Below are positions 41,149 through 48,991 of a DNA stretch of 64,000 bases, piece by piece. Below the pieces are notes generated by a model. The model saw nothing but the letters and a program-made list of their open reading frames with translations. It had not been told where the DNA came from and made no database searches. The DNA lies in NCBI GenBank assembly GCA_026396065.1, contig JAPLXO010000006.1, forward strand, positions 1,525-65,524, written 5' to 3'. Source of the DNA: Candidatus Nomurabacteria bacterium. GTDB lineage: Bacteria > Patescibacteriota > Minisyncoccia > Phycocordibacterales > UBA9973. Numbering within the stretch: position 1 is the first letter of the stretch; each line of letters begins with the position of its first letter. The translations under genes and the position numbers were made by a program.

Positions 41149-42675
41149 ATGAATTATATAGACAACTTTTTAAATAAAATAACAATGTATAGAATAGTTC
41201 TTTATGTACTAATTAGTTTTTTTGCTTTTTCTGTTGTTTTATCTATATTTAAATTTTTGCCATACACACCGATAGATCTTATTTCATCATTAATAATGAT
41301 TTTATTTATTTCATGGATATCAAATATTATTTTTGCTTATGTATATGATGCGCCAACAAACATTGAATCAGTTTATATTACTGCCTTAATTTTATTTTTT
41401 ATAATCACTCCCGCACAAGGAGGCGTATATTCAGAATTTTTACCATTCGCTTTTTGGGCTTCAGTATGGGCTATGGCTTCAAAATATATTTTTGCAATTG
41501 GCAGAAAACATCTTTTTAATCCAGCAGCTTTTGCTGTAATTTTAACAGCCTTTACAATAAATCAATTTGCCTCTTGGTGGATAGGTACACTATCAATGCT
41601 ACCGATAGTATTGATAGGTGGATTTTTAGTAATCAGAAAAATTCGTCGTGCTGATTTACTATTTAGTTTTATTATTTCAGCATTAATTACAGTGACAATA
41701 ATCACTGTATTAAAAGGCTCAAATATACAAACTGCATTATTTAAAACACTAGCAAATTCAGCTTTCTTTTTCTTTGCTTTTATTATGCTTACAGAGCCAC
41801 TCACCGCCCCTACTACTAGATGGTTACGCATAATCTTCGGAGTAATAGTAGGAGCTTTATTTACACCATCATTACATATTGGTGGAATTTATTCTTCTCC
41901 AGAGCTCGCATTGGTTGTAGGAAATATTTTTGCTTATTTAGTAAGTCCAAAAGAAAAATTATTCTTAAAATTGAAAGAACGTATCAATGTAGGCACAGAT
42001 ACTTATGATTTTATTTTTCTTAAAGATCGAAGTTTTTCTTTCCGTCCAGGGCAATATATGGAATGGACTCTAAAGCATCGTGATCCTGATTCTCGTGGTA
42101 ATAGAAGATATTTTACGTTGGCATCATCCCCTACAGAACCAGAAATACATTTAGGTGTAAAATTTTACCCAGAACCAAGTAGTTTTAAAAATCATTTATT
42201 AGTATTACCTATTGGTGGAGAAATTATTGCTGCACAAAAATCTGGTGATTTCGTATTACCGACAAATAAAGATAAAGAGCTTGTATTTATAGCTGGTGGT
42301 ATTGGTGTCACACCATTTCGAAGTATGATTCAATATTTACTCGATAAAAAACAAAAAAGGAATATCACTATACTGTATTCAAATAAAAAAGTTTCTGATA
42401 TTTCTTATAAAGAAGTTTTTGATAGAGCCAAAAAAGAACTAGGGATAAAGACAATTTATTCTATTACAGATAAAGGAGAAACAAATCTAGGTGAATCAAT
42501 GATAAGTGGAATTATTGATGCCCGCGTTATAGCAAAAGAAGTTCCTGACTATACAAATAAAGTATTTTATATATCAGGACCACATGGTATGGTAGATGCG
42601 TTTGAAAACACTCTCAAATCTATGGGTGTACCAAATAGTAATATTAAAATCGACTTCTTCCCTGGTTTTGCTTAA
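41149..42675 (+). CDS. RnfD/NqrB-like membrane domain fused to an FNR-type FAD/NAD oxidoreductase
   Basis: SK..KHLFNPAA, MLTEP.T.P; C-terminal PGQY, RRYFTLASSP, IAGGIGVTPF, SGP..M. Confidence 0.88.
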   Translation: MNYIDNFLNKITMYRIVLYVLISFFAFSVVLSIFKFLPYTPIDLISSLIMILFISWISNIIFAYVYDAPTNIESVYITALILFFIITPAQGGVYSEFLPFAFWASVWAMASKYIFAIGRKHLFNPAAFAVILTAFTINQFASWWIGTLSMLPIVLIGGFLVIRKIRRADLLFSFIISALITVTIITVLKGSNIQTALFKTLANSAFFFFAFIMLTEPLTAPTTRWLRIIFGVIVGALFTPSLHIGGIYSSPELALVVGNIFAYLVSPKEKLFLKLKERINVGTDTYDFIFLKDRSFSFRPGQYMEWTLKHRDPDSRGNRRYFTLASSPTEPEIHLGVKFYPEPSSFKNHLLVLPIGGEIIAAQKSGDFVLPTNKDKELVFIAGGIGVTPFRSMIQYLLDKKQKRNITILYSNKKVSDISYKEVFDRAKKELGIKTIYSITDKGETNLGESMISGIIDARVIAKEVPDYTNKVFYISGPHGMVDAFENTLKSMGVPNSNIKIDFFPGFA

Positions 42676-42681
42676 ACTAGG

Positions 42682-43095
42682 CTATTCGAAATTAATTTTA
42701 AAACTATACATTCCCATTCCACAAACTCCTTTTAGTGGCTCGCCAGCTTTTGGTGTGCCGATGTCTATTTCTGTCTCCCCTGTTTGGGGTAACATTTTTT
42801 GATAATTAAGTGAATGAATTACGAGAGCTGAAGAACAACTAAAAGCTCCGTTTGTTTTCATAATTAATTTTGTAGGAATTCCAGCTTTGGCATTTGAAAC
42901 TGCAGGTGAATAACCATTTGTCGCATCGATTGTAATATATTGGATGCCATCTTTTACTGAAACATTTGAAACAAGTGATTGACCATATATTCCACCTTCT
43001 TCATTTTTAGATTTTGGACTTTTGGTAATGATAAAAATAATGCCGGCCAAAAGTGCGACTGTGACGACTATTGAAATAATTTTATTTGTATTCAT
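42682..43095 (-). CDS. cupredoxin-like domain protein
   Basis: GYSP, C, CGMGMY copper-ligand motif. Confidence 0.8.
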   Translation of the reverse strand: MNTNKIISIVVTVALLAGIIFIITKSPKSKNEEGGIYGQSLVSNVSVKDGIQYITIDATNGYSPAVSNAKAGIPTKLIMKTNGAFSCSSALVIHSLNYQKMLPQTGETEIDIGTPKAGEPLKGVCGMGMYSFKINFE

Positions 43096-43097
43096 AT

Positions 43098-44159
43098 TTA
43101 TATATTAAATAATGGATTAATAATACCAAGACCAGCCAGCCCTGCCAAGAGTGCAAAGATTCCAAGACCGAGAACAATCACACCTGCGGATTTGAAAAAG
43201 AGTGGCGCGTGTTTGGAATGTGCGAATGATACAGAACTGAAAGAAAGAAGTGCGAGCACAGGCAATGTGCCGAGGGCAAAGGCTAGCATAATTAAAAATC
43301 CAGAGGTAAAAGATCCGCTCGAGAGTGCCGAGACTTGCATTGATTGAGTGAAACCACAAGGCAAGAAAAATGTACCGATACCAATGAGAAGCGGGGCAAA
43401 AGTCGCATGTTCAGCTTTTCGAAAAAAAGAAAATATCCAACTTGGTAGTGTAAGTTTATTTTTTTTGATAATGCCGAGTAAATTTATTCCTAGTAAAATC
43501 ATCACGATAGATGCGATGAGTCCGAGGATTGCCGAGAAAATAAAATTGATGCCGATTGCTTTGCCGACGAGGCCGAGCACTCCGCCGAGTACAGCGAAGC
43601 CGAGCAATCGCCCTGCGTGGAAAAGGATAAAAGGTTTCTTTGTAGATTTTGGATTGCCTTGATCATCCTGCGCGACTTTGGCAGATAAAGAAAGGACCAA
43701 TCCGCCGACAATTGCGAGACAGCTCGAAAGCGAAGCGATAATTCCGATAATAAAACTCGTCGCTGGTGTCGTCTTTCCACCAATACCGAGATTCAAAAGT
43801 CCTGATTTTTGTAATAGAAAAAATAAAACCAAAAATACTAAGCCTATCGGTATAGCTTTCCAAATAACTTCATTATCTTCTTTTGAAGGTTTTCTTGTGG
43901 TGAGCTTGTCGAATCCATCTAGAGATAAAGTGTATTTATTTCCTTTAACTTTTTCATTTAAAATATTTACCAATTCCTCAACTGGTTTTTCACTATCAGT
44001 TTCAATCTCAACTATTTCTTTTTTCAAATCTACTTTCACACTTTTAACTAAAATTTGCTCGGCTTGTGGTGAGCTTGCCGAATCCATCAAAATATCTTCA
44101 ATCAATATCTTGCACGATGCGCAATGCGTCCCCGAAACATGTAATGTGTATTTTTTCAT
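43098..44159 (-). CDS. HMA domain + DsbD_2/TauE-like membrane protein
   Basis: GTHCASC, SSCLAIVGG, LPCGF, F.LGT.P. Confidence 0.85.
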   Translation of the reverse strand: MKKYTLHVSGTHCASCKILIEDILMDSASSPQAEQILVKSVKVDLKKEIVEIETDSEKPVEELVNILNEKVKGNKYTLSLDGFDKLTTRKPSKEDNEVIWKAIPIGLVFLVLFFLLQKSGLLNLGIGGKTTPATSFIIGIIASLSSCLAIVGGLVLSLSAKVAQDDQGNPKSTKKPFILFHAGRLLGFAVLGGVLGLVGKAIGINFIFSAILGLIASIVMILLGINLLGIIKKNKLTLPSWIFSFFRKAEHATFAPLLIGIGTFFLPCGFTQSMQVSALSSGSFTSGFLIMLAFALGTLPVLALLSFSSVSFAHSKHAPLFFKSAGVIVLGLGIFALLAGLAGLGIINPLFNI

Positions 44160-44166
44160 AAAATTT

Positions 44167-45030
44167 TTAATTAGTTTTTAATTTCAATAACTTTTTTTCT
44201 AAATCTTCTAAATAATAATAAGGTGCTGACTTTAATTTTATTGCCTGTCTAGTTTCTTCAAGAACTAGTTTATTGTTTTTCTTTCCAATTTTTAATAAAA
44301 ATGCAAAAAAAGTACAATTCTCATGTTTTCCTGTTTCTTTTACATTTAACATTTGAATTAAAATTGGTACTAAAATTTCCTTTGGAAACTCTAAAACTTT
44401 TGAAACAAAAACTTCGTCACTAAAAATAGTATCTCCTACATTTTTAATTTTTTCTACACTTTTTTTTAATTCAATAGCTTCTTTTTTAGAAAGTTTATCT
44501 AAATAATTTTTTATATTTATGCTTTTTTGATCAACAAATTCCTTTTCTAAAAGTACAACAACCCATTCTTTAGATAAGTTAACCAAACTATGAAAATTAC
44601 CCCAACCACTTTCTTTAACAACATAAAACCAGTTTTTCCAAGATTTTAATTGACTTTTACAGTATTTTTTAGAAAATCTAGCATAAAGAGAAGTTTTTTC
44701 TGTTGGGATGTTACGAGTTATTGCAAAGTCTAATCTTACTTCTCTGGTAATTGGTTTAAAACCTTTTTTCAACGGATTAATTTTGCCTAAAATTTTTACT
44801 CTTGCTTTTCTAGTTTCAGGATGAGGATTCAATAAATCAATTTCGTCACCAGCAAAACCATAAGGAGGAAATACAATAATTCTTTTTGTAAATTTTGTAT
44901 CTTCAACTTTTAAACGAATAAAAAAACATGCTGGTCTTACAACAATTTCAAAACTTTCTGTGCCAAGAAACTTTTTTACAGTTTCTTTAAATAAATAAGA
45001 CCCAGCAATTTGTTTAAAATTAAATTCCAT
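44167..45030 (-). CDS. hypothetical protein inserted in the copper operon
   Basis: 287-aa AT-rich ORF with no recognised motif. Confidence 0.65.
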   Translation of the reverse strand: MEFNFKQIAGSYLFKETVKKFLGTESFEIVVRPACFFIRLKVEDTKFTKRIIVFPPYGFAGDEIDLLNPHPETRKARVKILGKINPLKKGFKPITREVRLDFAITRNIPTEKTSLYARFSKKYCKSQLKSWKNWFYVVKESGWGNFHSLVNLSKEWVVVLLEKEFVDQKSINIKNYLDKLSKKEAIELKKSVEKIKNVGDTIFSDEVFVSKVLEFPKEILVPILIQMLNVKETGKHENCTFFAFLLKIGKKNNKLVLEETRQAIKLKSAPYYYLEDLEKKLLKLKTN

Positions 45031-45033
45031 AAA

Positions 45034-47331
45034 TTATAATTTCTTAACCTTAATTCTAAGTGAATTCGACACGACACTGACACTACTAAAAGCCATTGCG
45101 AGGCCGGCGAAGACGGGGTTTAGGAGCCAGCCGAAGATCGGATAGAAAAGGCCGGCAGCGAGCGGAATGCCTACTATATTATATATGAAAGCCCAGAAAA
45201 GATTTTGTTTAATTCCGCGCATGGTGATTTTCGAAAGTTTGATCGCTTTGACGAGCTTGGAAATATCTCCGTGTAGAAGCGTAATCCCTGCCGACTCGAT
45301 AGCCACATCGGTGCCCGTGCCCATAGCGATGCCGACATCGGCTTGGGCGAGAGCGGGTGCGTCGTTCACACCGTCTCCAGCCATAGCGACGACGCGCCCG
45401 TTATTTTGCAATTCTTTTATCTTCGCGAGTTTGTCCGCAGGCATCACATGCGCCACGACTTCATCGATGCCGACGAGTGATGCCATATATTTTCCAGCTT
45501 TCTCATCATCCCCAGTGAGCATAATTACTTTGATGCCGAGTTTATGCAAATCAGTGATCGCTTGTTTCGATTCAGTTTTTATTTCATCAGCGACTGTGAG
45601 GAAACCAATTACTTCCATTTTTGTAGCGAGAATCACTGGAGTCTTTCCTTGCATTGTATATTGTTCGATTTTTGTCGCGTTAAAATTAATTCCCAAATCT
45701 TTTATCATTTTCACATTGCCGACAAAATATTCTATGCCGTTCACTGTACCCCTAATTCCCTTGCCTTCTATATTTTCAAAATTACTTATTTCTTCTATTT
45801 TTATTTTATTTTCTACTGCGTAGTTCACAATTGCATTTGCAATAGGATGCTCTGACTTTTTTTCTAATGATGCGATGATTGAAATGAATTCAATCTCTGG
45901 CTCCTCAAGGACGGTCCTTAAAGAAGTCCCAAAGGACCGTCCTTTACCCGCCAGTTCGATGTCCACCAATGTCGGCTTACCGATAGTTATCGTGCCTGTT
46001 TTGTCGACAATCACGGTATCAACTTTGTGAAGTTTCTCGAGTGTCGCTGCATCTTTAATTAAAATTCCTTCTTTTGCACCTTTACCGACGCCGACAATTA
46101 TTGCTGTCGGTGTAGCGAGCCCGAGCGCACAAGGGCAAGCGATCACCAGCACGCCAACAAAACACATGAGCCCGTATGAAAGTGCTTGTGAAAAGCCGAG
46201 CGGGCCTGAAGCAAAAAAAAGCCAAGCTCCGAGTGTGATGAATGCAATCACCAAAACAATTGGTACAAAGATTGCCGAAATTTTATCAGCGAGGGCTTGA
46301 ATCGGTGCTTTACTACTTTGTGCTTCTTCAACCATTTTAATAATTTGCGCTAGTAATGTTTCCCCTCCGACTTTTGTCGCTTTGAAATTAAAAGTGCCTG
46401 TGGTATTTATCGTCCCTGCCACGACATTATCCCCAATATTTTTCTTCGCTGGCATCGGCTCACCCGTCACCATTGATTCGTCGACAAAAGAATTCCCTTC
46501 TACAATAGTTCCGTCCACTGGAATTTTTGCTCCAGGTTTAATAATAATTATATCGCCATGCACAACTTCGTTTACAGAAATTTCAATTTCTTTTCCATCA
46601 CGAATAACGAGCGCGGTTTTTGCTTGTAAATTTAAAAGTTTTTCTATTGCATCCCCTGTTTTTAATTTCGAACGAGTTTCTAAATATTTACCAAGGGCAA
46701 TAAAAGTGATGACAATAATTGTGACGTCAAAATATGTCACGCCAACATTTGGAAAATCTTTTAATAAAGTTTCTTCAAAAGCACCTACCATGAAACTGTA
46801 AAAATAAGCGACAGAGGTTCCAAGTCCTATCAATGTATCCATATTCGCTTTACCTGTTTTTAGGAAACGATAAAAACCTTGTAGATAAGGTTTACCTACC
46901 ACAAAGAGCATATACGTCGCCATCAAAGGCAAAAGATGATGGAAAAATTCTTCCCAAACTAAAGGCATACTATACTGTGTTTTGAATTGCGCCAAAATAT
47001 CCCAAGTCATGACAAAAACACTAATTACGGCGAGTGGAATTGCTGAAATAATTTTTATCTTCATATCTCTAAGTTCTGCCAACTTTTCACTTTTACCTGT
47101 AGCAAGAACCGTTCTTGCTACAGGAATAATTAGAGAGTAGCCAAGTGACTCGAGTTTTGTATTTAAACTTTCTGGATTTGTTTTACTTTCATCATAAGAG
47201 ATTTTTGCACTTTCTGTTCCAGTGTTTACAGAGATTTCTTGCACGCCATCAATTTTCTTCACAGTTCTCTCGATAATACTAGCGCAAGATGCACAGTGCA
47301 TGCCTTTTACTTTATAAGTTTTATTTTGCAT
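45034..47331 (-). CDS. copA: copper-translocating P1B-type ATPase
   Basis: GMHCASC, TGE, CPCALG, DKTGT, SEHP, GDGVND, YN, MAFSS. Confidence 0.95.
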   Translation of the reverse strand: MQNKTYKVKGMHCASCASIIERTVKKIDGVQEISVNTGTESAKISYDESKTNPESLNTKLESLGYSLIIPVARTVLATGKSEKLAELRDMKIKIISAIPLAVISVFVMTWDILAQFKTQYSMPLVWEEFFHHLLPLMATYMLFVVGKPYLQGFYRFLKTGKANMDTLIGLGTSVAYFYSFMVGAFEETLLKDFPNVGVTYFDVTIIVITFIALGKYLETRSKLKTGDAIEKLLNLQAKTALVIRDGKEIEISVNEVVHGDIIIIKPGAKIPVDGTIVEGNSFVDESMVTGEPMPAKKNIGDNVVAGTINTTGTFNFKATKVGGETLLAQIIKMVEEAQSSKAPIQALADKISAIFVPIVLVIAFITLGAWLFFASGPLGFSQALSYGLMCFVGVLVIACPCALGLATPTAIIVGVGKGAKEGILIKDAATLEKLHKVDTVIVDKTGTITIGKPTLVDIELAGKGRSFGTSLRTVLEEPEIEFISIIASLEKKSEHPIANAIVNYAVENKIKIEEISNFENIEGKGIRGTVNGIEYFVGNVKMIKDLGINFNATKIEQYTMQGKTPVILATKMEVIGFLTVADEIKTESKQAITDLHKLGIKVIMLTGDDEKAGKYMASLVGIDEVVAHVMPADKLAKIKELQNNGRVVAMAGDGVNDAPALAQADVGIAMGTGTDVAIESAGITLLHGDISKLVKAIKLSKITMRGIKQNLFWAFIYNIVGIPLAAGLFYPIFGWLLNPVFAGLAMAFSSVSVVSNSLRIKVKKL

Positions 47332-47335
47332 AAAA

Positions 47336-47599
47336 TTATTTTCTTTTAAGCTGATACACTTTTAAAATTTCACCGACAGCTTTCGCTGTCTGTCCTTTTT
47401 TAATTTGATCAATAGCACAACAACCTAAATGATTTTCGAGTAATACATCTTCGATATTTGAAAGACCTTGCTTCACTGCAGAAGTTTGCGTAATCACATC
47501 AATACAATATTTATCTTTTTCTATCATATCTTGCAACCCCCTCACCTGCCCTTCAATTATTTTTAATCTACGTATTATTTTTTGTTTATCTTTATGCAT
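47336..47599 (-). CDS. csoR: CsoR/RcnR family metal-sensing repressor
   Basis: RLKIIEGQVRG..C..Q..AV..H..CC. Confidence 0.9.
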   Translation of the reverse strand: MHKDKQKIIRRLKIIEGQVRGLQDMIEKDKYCIDVITQTSAVKQGLSNIEDVLLENHLGCCAIDQIKKGQTAKAVGEILKVYQLKRK

Positions 47600-47608
47600 A
47601 TTTATAGT

Positions 47609-47626
47609 ATACCCCCTGGGGGGTAT
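47609..47626. promoter_or_regulatory. CsoR operator overlapping the promoter
   Basis: ATACCCCC-TG-GGGGGTAT palindrome, the G/C-tract type typical of CsoR operators. Confidence 0.8.
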
Positions 47627-47664
47627 TAATGCAAGTCTATAAAAATATGGCTGTGGAAAACAAA

Positions 47665-47693
47665 CAAAGCCGGAGATAAAATCTCCGGCTTGT
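47665..47693 (-). terminator. intrinsic terminator after coaD
   Basis: AAGCCGGAGAT-AAA-ATCTCCGGCTT. Confidence 0.7.
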
Positions 47694-47710
47694 TACAATT
47701 ACATTAATAA

Positions 47711-48565
47711 TTACTTCTTCCTTTTAAAATTGGAATCGTAATTAACTACAGATACCTTCCTGCTAACCTCATAAAACAATACAGCTTCCTGTTGATAATA
47801 TTCAGCTGTAAAATCCACGATTTTATTAATCTGCTTTTCAGTACAAAGAAGTTTTACAGGAATCATGCGTTCCTGATAGGTTATACCCTCTTTGTTTACC
47901 CAAGTACCACGGGTGGGATTTTCGATTGTTAATCCCTTTGTAATCTTTTGAACAAATTGGTCCCATTTTTTATGGTACTCAACTTCAACCTTCACATGAT
48001 TGTTGAAATGAGTTGGAACAAGAATTTCCCAAAGAACTTTTTCTGGCCTTCTGGAAGAAAGAAGCTTCTCGTTTAATTTTTTAAGAACAACCATAGGCAC
48101 TAAATGAGAAACAATTTTTTTCCAAGTTGGATCAATTCCAACCAAACTTTTTACAATTGAAGAGCTAATCGCCTTAAATTCAGGTAAACAGTGTACGAAA
48201 ATTGTCTCAACTTGAGGACAAATTTTTCTGTTTATTGCAGCGATTATTTCTTCATCAAGTAAATCTTTGTCACTTCTGATTCCACGGATTGTTTTCTTTG
48301 CACCTAAAGAGTAGGTGTATTTTACAGCATAATGATTTTTTAAAATTTCAACGCTGACATTAAATATGTGAGCGACAGATTTTTTAATCATATCTACCCT
48401 CTCTTCTGTGTTAAACAAAAATGTACTTTTCTTGTCCTGATTTACAGCAACAAGAATTATAAATTTATCATAACGTGGTGCCATCCTTTGTACTATATCT
48501 AAATGACCATTTGTAAAAGGATCAAAACTTCCAGTGAAAGTTGCTATTCGATTTTTAGGTTTCAT
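47711..48565 (-). CDS. coaD: pantetheine-phosphate adenylyltransferase with an extra ~110-aa C-terminal domain
   Basis: GSFDPFTNGH, IRGIR, ISSS.VK; extension WEILVP..GLTI..G.W..E..QEAV. Confidence 0.82.
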   Translation of the reverse strand: MKPKNRIATFTGSFDPFTNGHLDIVQRMAPRYDKFIILVAVNQDKKSTFLFNTEERVDMIKKSVAHIFNVSVEILKNHYAVKYTYSLGAKKTIRGIRSDKDLLDEEIIAAINRKICPQVETIFVHCLPEFKAISSSIVKSLVGIDPTWKKIVSHLVPMVVLKKLNEKLLSSRRPEKVLWEILVPTHFNNHVKVEVEYHKKWDQFVQKITKGLTIENPTRGTWVNKEGITYQERMIPVKLLCTEKQINKIVDFTAEYYQQEAVLFYEVSRKVSVVNYDSNFKRKK

Positions 48566-48588
48566 TATATATTAATTTAAATTTATAC

Positions 48589-48710
48589 TCAGTGAATTAC
48601 TTCAATTTCCATATAGAAAAACAAAGTAATTCACTGAAATACAATAAAAATCAAATACAACAAAGAACATACTATTAACAGCATAATATCATTATTATTA
48701 AAAAAGTCAA
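48589..48710 (-). promoter_or_regulatory. sigma70 promoter + boxA-like motif + hairpin leader (E)
   Basis: Minus strand TTGACT-16-TATTAT, GTTCTTTG (48668-48661), hairpin TCAGTGAATTACTT/AAGTAATTCACTGA 48589-48637. Confidence 0.58.
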
Positions 48711-48771
48711 TTTAAGTTAGATTAGAAAAATAGGGTTGTTTTTTATTGAAATTCTGCTAAAATAGTTTTAT

Positions 48772-48895
48772 TCGGGAGTTGGCAAGCGGTGGAGTGAGCT
48801 TGGGATGGGACCCAGGCGCAAGGCCGGAGCGCGACGGCGCGAGGCAAGGCTATAGAATTTTTCAGTAGAAAAATATCTGGAGCGTCGCCTGTTAA
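48772..48895 (+). pseudogene. degenerate 5' half of tRNA-Asn interrupted by the two-hairpin repeat
   Basis: TCGGGAGTTGGCAAGCGGTGGAG ... GAGCGTCGCCTGTTAA versus the intact TCGGGAGTAGCTCAGCGGTAGAGCGGTCGCCTGTTAA. Confidence 0.65.
48823..48883 (+). repeat. tRNA-adjacent two-hairpin repeat, copy 2
   Basis: GCCGGAGCGCGACGGCGCGAGGC + GCTATAGAATTTTTCAGTAGAAAAATATCTGGAGC. Confidence 0.85.
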
Positions 48896-48919
48896 TCTGA
48901 ATAAAAAATGTAAAAACAT

Positions 48920-48991
48920 TCGGGAGTAGCTCAGCGGTAGAGCGGTCGCCTGTTAAGCGATTGGTCGTAGGTTCGATCCCTACCTCCCGAG
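48920..48991 (+). tRNA. tRNA-Asn(GTT), probable integration site
   Basis: TCGGGAG/CTCCCGA, GTCGC-CTGTTAA-GCGAT, GTAGG-TTCGATC-CCTAC. Confidence 0.96.
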
